From: Candidatus Thorarchaeota archaeon
GTDB lineage: Archaea; Asgardarchaeota; Thorarchaeia; Thorarchaeales; Thorarchaeaceae
DNA length: 64,000 nucleotides
Assembly: GCA_046482545.1 (NCBI GenBank)
Contig: JAWOEX010000009.1
Location: forward strand, 1-64,000
Direction: 5' to 3'
The notes under the pieces were generated by a model, which did no database searches, was not told the origin of the DNA, and worked only from the letters and a program-made list of their open reading frames with translations. The position numbers and the translations under genes were made by a program. Shown here piece by piece: positions 29,186-38,825 of the stretch (the stretch's first letter is position 1; each line of letters opens with the position of its first letter).

Positions 29186-30493
29186 CTATAGATTCAAATC
29201 GTCAAACATGACGATTTTCATAGCTCTTGGCTTATTCTCTATCTCTGCAGTTGCTGCTGCAACCAAGATTTTGATCCCTTTCACTTTGGCAGTATCAACT
29301 AGGCGTTGTGTTACAACTCCATCTAGGACAATCGCTTTTGCGTCATCCAACGAATCAAGCACATCAGTTAATTCTGCTACCCCGCATTCCTTGATGAGAT
29401 TATCCTTCCTATCAAAGACAGCAGCTTTGAAGCTTTCTTTGAGCTCTTTTGCCTCGTTTACATAGGCTTCATTCACTCTTTTGCGCTTGGGTTTTGGAGG
29501 CGGCTTTTCACGCGGTTTTCTTTCCTCTTTCTTCTTTTGAGACGGCCTTTTTTCTTTCTTGCTTGGCGGTTTCTTCCGCTTTCTTTTCTTCGCTTCTCTC
29601 TTGTCTTCTTTCTCCTTCTCAAGCAAACTCAAGGCTTGTTCAGCAGGTATCTTTCTCTTAAGCGCCCTTGATACTGCCTTCCGATTCAAATCTTCGACTT
29701 CTTTTCCCTTTGGTGCTCTTGCGATATAGTCTATATCCGCAACCTGCATCAGCTCTCGAAGTATCAACTCTCCCCCTCGGTCGCCATCCAAGAATGCAGT
29801 GATTTTCTTCCCTTTTTCCTTTGAGAGTTCTGAAATCGAATCTGGGATGTTAGTTCCTTCTGCTGAAATTGTGTTCGTTACCCCGCTCTTCATAAGATTG
29901 ATAACATCAGCTCGCCCTTCGACGATAATTACCTCATCACTCTCAGGCATACTTGGGCCCGCAGGCAGTTTGTCTTCACCATACTTGGTGATGCCCCTCT
30001 TTTTCGCCCTTGTTACCGCATCAGTTATCTCGTCAGCACCTGGAGCGATTTCTTCTTCCCATCCTTTCAAAATGCTGATGGCTCTGCTGACCACTCTTCT
30101 ACGTTTCGCACCACGGATATCTTCCACCTTCTGCAGCGTAACCTCCGCTGAACATGGTCCAACCCGATCCACGGTTTCCATTGATGCAGCAAGGATAGCT
30201 GTAGCTGTTCGATCCATCGATACGGGGATTACGATTTCTCCCTTGCTTTTTCCCTTTTCTGATTTTATTCCTATCTGAATTCTACCAATACGTCCGCTTC
30301 GTTGAAGTTCTCTGAGATCCAAATCTTCGCCCAGTAATCCTTCTGTTTGACCAAATATTGCCCCAACGACATCTGGCTTGTCAACAACACCATCTATCTC
30401 AATTTTTGCTCTAATAACGTATTTCGCAGTAGAATTATCAAAGTCTCCTGCTCCCATATATGCATCTCCTTTTCTCTTGTATGTATCTGTCAC
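29186..30493 (-). CDS. dnaG: Archaeal DnaG (TOPRIM; exosome-associated)
   Basis: DVVGAIFGQTEGLLG, VEGRADV, FLDGDRGG. Confidence 0.96.
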   Translation of the reverse strand: MTDTYKRKGDAYMGAGDFDNSTAKYVIRAKIEIDGVVDKPDVVGAIFGQTEGLLGEDLDLRELQRSGRIGRIQIGIKSEKGKSKGEIVIPVSMDRTATAILAASMETVDRVGPCSAEVTLQKVEDIRGAKRRRVVSRAISILKGWEEEIAPGADEITDAVTRAKKRGITKYGEDKLPAGPSMPESDEVIIVEGRADVINLMKSGVTNTISAEGTNIPDSISELSKEKGKKITAFLDGDRGGELILRELMQVADIDYIARAPKGKEVEDLNRKAVSRALKRKIPAEQALSLLEKEKEDKREAKKRKRKKPPSKKEKRPSQKKKEERKPREKPPPKPKRKRVNEAYVNEAKELKESFKAAVFDRKDNLIKECGVAELTDVLDSLDDAKAIVLDGVVTQRLVDTAKVKGIKILVAAATAEIENKPRAMKIVMFDDLNL

Positions 30494-30950
30494 CTGCCCC
30501 CAACGGACTCGCCAGTATGTTCTATGCGCAACTAATCATACCGGCGAATTATGCCGTTTCACCTATCTCATGAACCGCTACTTGATTCTTGGTAGGAATC
30601 CAGCTTGTTCTATATGTTTATGCTGTTTCAGTGATGAGCGAATGAATCTGTGAATTGCAATTCTCATATGATTGGCCAGGCGCATATTGATCCCAAGCTA
30701 TCCCATTGAGGACGCCATGACACTTGTGATGTGATGATATGATGATAGTAAAGCTTAGCCGCATTATGCTGTTAAGCCTTACATGGGGGATGAATTCATG
30801 TGTATATTTGAAGATGTCGCTATAGTCAGATACTCGCTTCAAAATACAATTTCTGGGACTTGACTGGAGCCAGAATGTCATTGTTTACCTCTGTTTGTGT
30901 ATCTAGTTCTTTGAAAAACCTAATAACTGTACAAACACTAGCACAACTTG

Positions 30951-31238
30951 CTCAGATGAAACAGCCCCCTTTCGAGGGCACACTGAGATTTTCGATGATG
31001 TGATTGCGCATAAAAGGCGGGGACAAGCTGGGCACAACCGTTTGAGATACAATGAGCCGTAACGGACTCTGGTGATATGGGTGAATGCCCAAAGATGAGC
31101 TGCGAGTCACCCCGGCATCATACATCAGCGGCCGGTTGATACATACGATGCCCAACATGAGACATCCCGGCGAAGCCAGAGGTAACCTCTGATGCGAGGA
31201 TGCTGGGCGTTAGTGCATTGGGCTACAGTATCAACCGG
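30951..31238 (+). ncRNA. Structured ncRNA (about 290 nt), family unknown
   Basis: Three stem-loop domains incl. 11-bp CCGGTTGATAC/GTATCAACCGG; promoter-like element upstream, U-tract downstream. Confidence 0.6.
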
Positions 31239-31292
31239 ATTATACCCTGTTTCTCTGATTTTTACCGCTATAAGCAGTTCGTATGTTAGCCT

Positions 31293-31967
31293 TTAGAATG
31301 TAATTTCAAGAGTATCGCCAGGCTTCATGACCTTTACTTCGGTTTCTGGTACCCTGTCTCCCACGAGTTCCTTGAACTCCTCTGGATTCGCCTCGATTGG
31401 TGGGAACGTACCATAGTGCATTGGCACCACTAATTGTGGTTTCAGCAGTTCAGTTGCCAAAGACGCCTGTTCCACATCCATAGTATAGTAACTGCCAATC
31501 GGAAGCATTGCCAAGTCAGGTGAGTACAGTTCCCGAAAGAGCTCCATACTTGAGAACACGCCGGTGTCACCTGCATGGTAAAAGGTAAAGCTCGGCATTT
31601 TTACAATAAACCCAGTTGGTGCTCCTTCTCCACAGGAATGGAAAGCCTGCACGAGGGTCACCCGCACATTATCAATATTTATACTGCCGCCAATATTGAG
31701 TGTGTGCACCTTTTCCAAACCCCTCTCCTTGGCGTCAATCGCTAGCTCGTTGATTGCAATGAAATACGCACCGGTTTTTTCACATATTTTTCTGGCCTCA
31801 GCGTAGCCATGGTCCTGATGGTCGTGCGTCACCAAGACGATATCCGCGTCAGCTACATCGTCCACGCTCATGGGTGATGCGGGCCCGCCAAGCCAAGGAT
31901 CCACATAGATTGTTTTGTTATCTGATTCAACCTTAAATCCTGCATGTCCGAGATACGTCACTTTCAT
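31293..31967 (-). CDS. Metallo-beta-lactamase fold hydrolase (UPF0173)
   Basis: YLGHA, THDHQDH, YHAGDT, PMHYGTF. Confidence 0.92.
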   Translation of the reverse strand: MKVTYLGHAGFKVESDNKTIYVDPWLGGPASPMSVDDVADADIVLVTHDHQDHGYAEARKICEKTGAYFIAINELAIDAKERGLEKVHTLNIGGSINIDNVRVTLVQAFHSCGEGAPTGFIVKMPSFTFYHAGDTGVFSSMELFRELYSPDLAMLPIGSYYTMDVEQASLATELLKPQLVVPMHYGTFPPIEANPEEFKELVGDRVPETEVKVMKPGDTLEITF

Positions 31968-32099
31968 AATTTTCTTCATCTCCTGTATTCTAATCTTCCT
32001 TACGCACGAACTTCTATGTTTCGTTATGATGTCTGTCTTCACTGCGCCATAGAACAGCTTAAAGATAGAATATCGGAGATTCTCAGTGTCGAGATTGAG

Positions 32100-32993
32100 A
32101 TGGCAACTAAACCTCATCCGGATTCATTAGAGGCAGGCCAAATTGCAGCAAAAGTTCTTGATGAAACTATAGGACTTGTGACACCTGGTAGGAATGTCAT
32201 CGATATTTGTGAGTTTGCAGAAAAGAAAATTCGCGAATTGGGTGCTCATCCCGCTTTTCCTTGCAACGTTTCTATCAATAGTGAAGCAGCCCACTACTCC
32301 AGCCCTTATGGTGATACACGAAAGGTTCCTGAAAAGGGGCTGATTAAGGTTGACCTTGGAGCCCACGTAAACGGCCATATATCCGATACTGCCAGAACAG
32401 TAGATTTGGATGGCTCTTTTGGACATTACATTGCCGCTGTAGAGGATGCTCTTCAAGCTGCCATAGATATGGTTCGCCCAGGTGTGAAAACGGGCCAAGT
32501 TGGAGCAGCTATTGAAGATGCAATTCGTTATTATGATCTTCAACCTGTGTATCAGCTTTCAGGCCATGAATTGAAACCATGGATATTGCATGCCGGCCGC
32601 AATGTGCCGAATGTGGGCTCACGAAAGGGCGACATAATGAAATCTGGGGATACTTTCGCAATCGAACCGTTCGCTACAGATGGGGATGGCTCAATTACTA
32701 GCGACCAAAGAATGTATATCTTCAGGAATAATATGTCCAGTGGCACCCATCTGGAAAGTACCACAAAACAGCTCAGAGACAGAGCACGACGTTTATTCGG
32801 CTCACTGCCTTGGGCTTCGCGGTGGATTTATGATACCAGCTTAGATATGGCGTATCAACTCAAAACTATGTTACGTAAACGAGTAATCACAGGTTATCCT
32901 GTTCTGTTGGATGCGAAAGGTGGCATGGTCTCACAAAGGGAGCACACCGTATTTGTAGGCGAAGATGGAGCAATCGTAACTACGAAGGATTAG
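32100..32993 (+). CDS. map: Type II methionine aminopeptidase
   Basis: AFPC, AAHY, D..D, GH, AIEPF, EHT. Confidence 0.92.
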   Translation: MATKPHPDSLEAGQIAAKVLDETIGLVTPGRNVIDICEFAEKKIRELGAHPAFPCNVSINSEAAHYSSPYGDTRKVPEKGLIKVDLGAHVNGHISDTARTVDLDGSFGHYIAAVEDALQAAIDMVRPGVKTGQVGAAIEDAIRYYDLQPVYQLSGHELKPWILHAGRNVPNVGSRKGDIMKSGDTFAIEPFATDGDGSITSDQRMYIFRNNMSSGTHLESTTKQLRDRARRLFGSLPWASRWIYDTSLDMAYQLKTMLRKRVITGYPVLLDAKGGMVSQREHTVFVGEDGAIVTTKD

Positions 32994-33004
32994 GAGAATA
33001 GATT

Positions 33005-33904
33005 ATGAGTCAGGAACCCACAGGTGCTCATAAACAGGCGGGGAAAATTGCAGCAAAGGTACGAGATGAGACCGCAGAAAAACTGGAACCTGGCATGAAG
33101 ATAGTAGAAGTTTGCGAGTACGCAGAATCAAGAATTACTGAGCTTGGTGGGAAACCCGCATTTCCATGCAATGTTTCTATTGATCACATCGCAGCACACT
33201 ATACCTCTCCCCGAAATGACGAGTCTATTCTCCCGGATAGTGGTTTGGTTAAGATTGACATTGGTGTCCACGTAGATGGCTACATAGCAGATACAGCTCG
33301 GACAGTAGATCTGACCAGAGAATTGGAGGGCTTCATTGCTGCAACTGATGACGCATTGCAGGAAGCTATCGAACTCATGCAACCAAGCACATCCTTGGGT
33401 GACATCGGATCAAAAATCGAAGATGTCATTGGTGCCTATGGTTTGAGACCCATCCGCAATCTTAGCGGCCATGAGATGAAAAGGTACAGGCTTCATGGCG
33501 GCAAAAGGGTCCCAAATGTAAAAGAACGGTTTACTGACAAAATTGAGGCGGGGGAAACCTATGCGATTGAACCATTCGCCACTACTGGTACTGGAAAGGT
33601 GACTGATACCAAATACACATACATTTTTTCAAATACCAGAGCGGAAGTCACACTTGATGATGTGACTCAAAAACTCAGAGATCATCTACTGAAGAATTAT
33701 GGCCCTTTTCCTTTTGCTGCTAGGTGGGTGGGGACACGGAATGATGATTTAGAACTTGAAAAAGAATTTGTGAAGCTTTTGGATTCGAATGCAATCAAAC
33801 CCTATCCGGTTCTGGTAGAAAAAGGGAATCGACCCGTCGCACAATCAGAGCATACTGTTTTTGTTGGACGGGGACGGACCCTCACCTTGACCTTGCGGAA
33901 CTGA
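33005..33904 (+). CDS. map: Type II methionine aminopeptidase (second copy)
   Basis: Same motif set intact. Confidence 0.92.
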   Translation: MSQEPTGAHKQAGKIAAKVRDETAEKLEPGMKIVEVCEYAESRITELGGKPAFPCNVSIDHIAAHYTSPRNDESILPDSGLVKIDIGVHVDGYIADTARTVDLTRELEGFIAATDDALQEAIELMQPSTSLGDIGSKIEDVIGAYGLRPIRNLSGHEMKRYRLHGGKRVPNVKERFTDKIEAGETYAIEPFATTGTGKVTDTKYTYIFSNTRAEVTLDDVTQKLRDHLLKNYGPFPFAARWVGTRNDDLELEKEFVKLLDSNAIKPYPVLVEKGNRPVAQSEHTVFVGRGRTLTLTLRN

Positions 33905-34276
33905 GAAGCGACCTTTTTCTGTCTCTTCCTCCTCACGCACGACATAGATCCCCTCGATGACCATTTCTGCTTCACATTTGGGGCATCCCTTATCCAAGAC
34001 TTTGAGAACGTAGTCTCCTTCTTCGAAATTGCGGATTTCTTTGAAGTCACAGTCTGGAGATGTGCAGCGAATCTCAGTGACTGTCGGCGGAGGCGGTTCC
34101 AGCTCTTGATCTCCTCGGCCGGCTGTCAAAAGACTGAATCCTATCGACATACCGACTAGGCCGAGGAAGAACAGAATATACGAAAATAATCCAGAACTAA
34201 ATGTCATGCCGTAGAAGACTACTAAAGCACCTGCTGCAGCGAATATGATACCTATAGCTTTTAGCAACTTACTCAT
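33845..34276 (-). CDS. Membrane protein with C-terminal Zn ribbon
   Basis: Two TM helices then CxxxxC..FEEGDYV..CPKC; DUF1512 neighbour. Confidence 0.75.
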   Translation of the reverse strand: MSKLLKAIGIIFAAAGALVVFYGMTFSSGLFSYILFFLGLVGMSIGFSLLTAGRGDQELEPPPPTVTEIRCTSPDCDFKEIRNFEEGDYVLKVLDKGCPKCEAEMVIEGIYVVREEEETEKGRFSVPQGQGEGPSPSNKNSML

Positions 34277-34281
34277 TTGAA

Positions 34282-35412
34282 TCACAATCCTATGCCGATA
34301 GTATTACCAATCCCAGCGAGAATGATGTGATCTCCTGTCCTAGTTCTCTTATGGATTGCCTCCTTGATACGTTCGATTACCTCAGGTACCGCATCGAGAA
34401 CCTTTTTATCCATCACACCGACTGCTGCAGTTTCGTTCTCTTTTACTACAACTGCTTCGAGTCCAATGCCATTCTTCCTTGCAACTTCCTCTATGGCATG
34501 CTTCTCAGGACCAGGATCACCAATTGCTGCCCCAGTACCTTCGGACACTCTGCCTAACTCCTCACCTTCAAGTTTGAGTGCTGCATCAACAGTTATTATT
34601 CTGCGAATTTTGCCTGGGTTCTCGTTGACCAGTTTCTTTACTGCGAAACCAGGTTTGCCTACTGTTCCACCCGGACCAGTTGCTCGAAGCGCATATACTG
34701 TTCGTCCTTCATACTCGACAGGATAGTAGCCGACCCCTCTTGTGATTTCTTGAACATAGCTCTCATTATCCTTGCCCTGCTCTCTTGCGAACTTCGTCAC
34801 AGCCAACGGCCCTACTCCATCGCCTATCGGCTTGCCTTCCGAGAAGGCTCCCATAGCATCAAAATACGCCTTGGCCAACCGTAACAGTTCGGGCAGCTGC
34901 ATCTGTATCTGCATTATCATAATCTGGCTGCCATGCTTCTTGCCCAGTAGATAGTAGTGCCTCACAACACGGAAAATCAGCGATAGCACTTGGGTGACTT
35001 CAAGTGTGTTCTCAAGATTGCTTCTCACTTCATCTGATGCTTCTGGTGCAAGTTCTTCAGTAAATTCCTCAAATCGGTCTTTCCTCTCTTCAAGGATATG
35101 GTCAAGTCTCTCCAGAACCCCTGCAGGATCGAGATCAACAGGCCGTATGGTGAAGTAGTCTAACCATCGGTCTACTTCTTCAGCTACTTCCTTCTCTTCC
35201 TTCCCGTATTTCTTGAAGGTATCAATGGCTGTCTGTCTCGATTTGATTGCCATTTGTTTCAGTTCAATCAGACCTGCTTCTATCTGTTTCAGCCACTGCC
35301 ACATCTGTATCCGTTGACCATACAGACTGAGCACCATTATGAAGACAAGGAACACCAACTGGATAATCCAGCTAAATTCTCCCGCATCGGCGCCGAATAG
35401 TTGTAAGAGCAT
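34282..35412 (-). CDS. DUF1512 family membrane protein
   Basis: PVDLDPAG, PIGDGVGPL, GPGGTVGKPG, VDAALKLEGE, GIGNTIGIG. Confidence 0.85.
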   Translation of the reverse strand: MLLQLFGADAGEFSWIIQLVFLVFIMVLSLYGQRIQMWQWLKQIEAGLIELKQMAIKSRQTAIDTFKKYGKEEKEVAEEVDRWLDYFTIRPVDLDPAGVLERLDHILEERKDRFEEFTEELAPEASDEVRSNLENTLEVTQVLSLIFRVVRHYYLLGKKHGSQIMIMQIQMQLPELLRLAKAYFDAMGAFSEGKPIGDGVGPLAVTKFAREQGKDNESYVQEITRGVGYYPVEYEGRTVYALRATGPGGTVGKPGFAVKKLVNENPGKIRRIITVDAALKLEGEELGRVSEGTGAAIGDPGPEKHAIEEVARKNGIGLEAVVVKENETAAVGVMDKKVLDAVPEVIERIKEAIHKRTRTGDHIILAGIGNTIGIGL

Positions 35413-35508
35413 GAACTCAGAACAATCTTGACATCTTTTAATGATTTAGATGCCCGTGAAAATGTAGTCTCCCCTTTCTCGGTATTGAGAAACTGGTAGA
35501 ATAGAGAA

Positions 35509-35624
35509 TGGCCAGTTTGCGGGCCTGTCACGAGCGCTAGCCCGCACATATCCCGCAACGACCCCGGGCTTAACTTCCGCGTTCGGCCGAGAGCGGGTGG
35601 GCCCCGGGGACTATGACCGGCCTA
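35509..35624 (-). rRNA. rrf: 5S rRNA (stand-alone)
   Basis: GGCCGGU/ACUGGCC terminal helix, CAUAG, CCGAAC..GAAGUUAAGCC conserved motifs, about 116 nt. Confidence 0.9.
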
Positions 35625-35673
35625 ATTTCGGTTACAAGATGTAGCATTTTAAACCTTATCGTAACGCCACCTT

Positions 35674-36537
35674 CTACTTGTCAGGCTCTTGCTGCTGCGG
35701 TTGAAATGCATCTCGTACTCGGTCAAGAGAAATATGTATCCAGTTGATTCGGTGAAGAATGAAGACTGTTACAGCCGTGCCACTGATACCTGCCAATGAC
35801 ACCGCTACAACTAGGTCTATTGCAAGGAGAACAGAGGTGCTGCCAGAAGGAAGCGTAAGCGACATCATCCGAACACTGGTTTCATAGCTCAGATTAGCAT
35901 TCATAACATGAAGAGAGCCCTCGGGCGTACTCTTGCTGCTTTGCTTCTTCAGTTCGATTGTAATTGGCTTCTCACTGATTTCTATTGATGAGCCATCACG
36001 AAGATGTATAGTCAGCCCCTTGAAGACGAAGATTCCACCGAAGCTGGGCAGGTAACGGCTCAAGGGCTTATTGGTAATCATGGGTTGTGCTGCAATCATC
36101 TGTCCATCAATGAGTGTGTCATTCAGTTCGAGTGCTGGCTCAGTATCAAGCCAGTCATACGTTTTTCCATCGAAACCGGACCACATCGGGTAGAATGCAA
36201 AGCTATCCACTTTTGCAGAACGAATCAGTGTTCGTCCAAGAGCGGATTTCGTGTAGTAGAATCCAATAAGTACAGATATATGGTGCCTGCTGATTATGGG
36301 TTGATGATGCTGATGGTAATAAGCCAGCTTGAAAGACCCGCGGAGAAGAAGCACCTCTATGCCGTCTGATAGTTTGAACGAAACCTTGTAGGTGAACTCA
36401 TCTATTGTGAAGGTTTGGAGGCTTGGCGTCATTTCGCCGCTTGGTTCTGTACGTGCAGCAGTCGCCCCCGACGGCGCCACGGCTGTGATAAGCAACAGCA
36501 TTGCAACGACCAATAGAAGAGCTTGCCTTCGGGCCAT
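35674..36537 (-). CDS. Secreted/membrane-anchored hypothetical protein
   Basis: Signal-peptide-like N-terminus and C-terminal TM helix. Confidence 0.6.
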   Translation of the reverse strand: MARRQALLLVVAMLLLITAVAPSGATAARTEPSGEMTPSLQTFTIDEFTYKVSFKLSDGIEVLLLRGSFKLAYYHQHHQPIISRHHISVLIGFYYTKSALGRTLIRSAKVDSFAFYPMWSGFDGKTYDWLDTEPALELNDTLIDGQMIAAQPMITNKPLSRYLPSFGGIFVFKGLTIHLRDGSSIEISEKPITIELKKQSSKSTPEGSLHVMNANLSYETSVRMMSLTLPSGSTSVLLAIDLVVAVSLAGISGTAVTVFILHRINWIHISLDRVRDAFQPQQQEPDK

Positions 36538-36751
36538 TCGGTTCTACCTCTTTTTGATTACGTATTGATTTTAGATTAAAAGGGAGTTGCGATGTAAGCA
36601 ATCATCTGCGAATCATCCTCCAAGCATTGAATCAACAGACAAGAAAACTGTCGAGAATGGACTGTGGATGATGCGCCTCACTAAAGAAGACCGTGCCAAG
36701 TATACTGACGAAGATGGTCGAACAAGTAGAGTAGAATGATACTGCTGAAAA

Positions 36752-36916
36752 TGGTGGGAAGGATGGGATTTTTTGGCTGCCACTTGGAAATCAAGCAGCA
36801 CGAACCCACGATCGACGAGTCTCGCCAAGCGACGTCTATCTTTGACCCGCTCTTTACTGGCTCGAAATGAGCCGAGATCTGGAGCCCGTCGCCATACCGG
36901 ACTAGGCCACCTTCCC
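36752..36916 (-). tRNA. tRNA-Trp(CCA) with two introns: 37/38 (36821-36878) and T-loop, probably 56/57 (36772-36801)
   Basis: Cloverleaf restored after removing both BHB-like introns; encoded CCA. Confidence 0.88.
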
Positions 36917-37189
36917 ATGCAAGACAGACCTGTGAACAGCCTATAGGTCGCCGAGATAATCACGGTCTGTGTAGATAGAGGCAGTAATGGGTTTGGATAT
37001 GAAGTTTTCGCCAAGGGAATCGATTGTAATTTCAAATCTCATAGAGGAAGACGGGAATCAAAAGGTTTAGCATCGATAAATACTATCATGTAGCTGGCCT
37101 AAGTGGAACGGGTAAAACGAGAACTGAGCATCAAAAGAATCACAAACAGGAATGACGGTTAGTGAGTGAGAAATATGGACGAGGAAGGT

Positions 37190-37864
37190 ATGGTCTTGCA
37201 CCGGGTGGCTGGCGTAGACGAAGCTGGACGCGGTCCCATGATTGGCCCTATGGTCATCTGTGGTGTAGCATTCGATGCAGGGGACATTCAGAAACTTGAA
37301 TCTCTGGGCGTTAAGGATTCGAAGCTACTGACGCCAAAAAGACGGGAAGAGCTAAACCAGAGCATCTCACACCTCGCCGAGAAGATTGTCATCAAACCGA
37401 TATCAGCGGCTGAGATAGACGCCGCTCGGAAACGAGGCACATCGCTGAATGATATCGAGCTCGATGCTTTTGTGTCGATCATTGGGGAGATTCAGCCCTC
37501 TGAGGTATTTGTGGACGCAGCTGACGTTGATGCTGATAGATTTGGACGACAAATTGTTGAAAGATGTATTCTGGGTCCCAATTGCAAGGTTGTGTCAGAA
37601 CACAGAGCTGACATCACCTACCCCGTTGTATCAGCTGCATCAGTCCTTGCAAAAGTCGAACGTGACCGCAGGGTGAAGGAGTTACATGCTGTTCATGGTG
37701 ATTTTGGTTCTGGGTATCCTTCTGATTCTGTTAGTGTTCACTTCATCCAATCAGTAGTCGCACATACTGGCGACGTGCCCGACATAGTCCGAAGGACATG
37801 GAGTCCGGTCCGCAAAATCATTCTAGATGCGAACACGAAACAGTCCCAGCTCGACTCATTCTAA
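37190..37864 (+). CDS. rnhB: Ribonuclease HII
   Basis: GVDEAGRGP, DSK, VSAASVLAK, GSGYPSD. Confidence 0.96.
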   Translation: MVLHRVAGVDEAGRGPMIGPMVICGVAFDAGDIQKLESLGVKDSKLLTPKRREELNQSISHLAEKIVIKPISAAEIDAARKRGTSLNDIELDAFVSIIGEIQPSEVFVDAADVDADRFGRQIVERCILGPNCKVVSEHRADITYPVVSAASVLAKVERDRRVKELHAVHGDFGSGYPSDSVSVHFIQSVVAHTGDVPDIVRRTWSPVRKIILDANTKQSQLDSF

Positions 37865-37865
37865 A

Positions 37866-38825
37866 TTACTGCTCAGAACGTTCTGAAATTATTTTCTTGA
37901 GTTCGTCAGATTTCTCAATATCATCCAACTCAAGTTGCCTGATGACTGGCAATTCAGAGAGGCACTCTTCTGCCTGTCCCTCCTCAACAATGATCACTGC
38001 ACTTGAGTCCGTGACATCAGATACGCTTCTGAGAATATCTGTACGTTTCTTAAGCGCCCAGCTTCTGATTGAACCGACGCTTGACATGAGAGGCGGCCCT
38101 TCTTCCTTTGCTGCCAAGTGGAATGGTGCTCTATCGGTCCAGAGGACTCTCATTCCAAGCTTCTTGAAGAACTTATTAATCCGGCTCTCAAAAGTTGCCG
38201 GATTGGGCTGTTGAGGAGATACCCCCTCTCTCTGTATAACTTCGTCCTCAAAGAGATTCACAGGAAGGACCAAGTCAGTCTCAAGAACTTCCTCGAGACG
38301 TTCCGCCACATCCTTGCTCACGTCGACCTCATCTTTCTCGTACGACAAGATGGTTCTTGCTGACACTTCCACACAGTCTGCAAGTTCTTCCTTTGACATA
38401 CTCTTTGATAGCCTAATCTCTTTCAACCTGGCTCCATCGATTGAGACAAATCTGCCCCCTCTCTGTATGAATTCCTTGGGCATCTCCTTTTCAGTAATCA
38501 TGCTGTTGAAGCTCTTGGGCTCGATTGTAGGCACGCCATATCGTCTGTAGACGACTCCTGTGTCAAGCTTTCGTCTTCTGGTTTTTCGGCCGATGATGAC
38601 TGGAGTCGCCTCAAAGAAATGCGCAACTAGCTGAAGAGCCAGGGCATCCTCCTTGGTAAGTGCATCTATGTTGGTAAGCACCTTGATTAGGAGCAGCTGG
38701 TTGCTCCTCTTAGCTACCATATCGAAGCAGGTAGGCCTTACGTTGCACTTCGTTGATAGTTTGAATCCAGCATCATCTAGTTGAGACTTAACTTCTTGAA
38801 TCAGCTGAACTCTAGACCGGGTCAT
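37866..38825 (-). CDS. Archaeal HTH transcriptional regulator (COG1395-like)
   Basis: CFDMVAK..LIKVLTNID, central Cro-type HTH. Confidence 0.85.
   Translation of the reverse strand: MTRSRVQLIQEVKSQLDDAGFKLSTKCNVRPTCFDMVAKRSNQLLLIKVLTNIDALTKEDALALQLVAHFFEATPVIIGRKTRRRKLDTGVVYRRYGVPTIEPKSFNSMITEKEMPKEFIQRGGRFVSIDGARLKEIRLSKSMSKEELADCVEVSARTILSYEKDEVDVSKDVAERLEEVLETDLVLPVNLFEDEVIQREGVSPQQPNPATFESRINKFFKKLGMRVLWTDRAPFHLAAKEEGPPLMSSVGSIRSWALKKRTDILRSVSDVTDSSAVIIVEEGQAEECLSELPVIRQLELDDIEKSDELKKIISERSEQ

Noticed and set aside
36821-36878. Box C/D guide inside the tRNA-Trp intron
   Set aside because: No UGAUGA/CUGA boxes present
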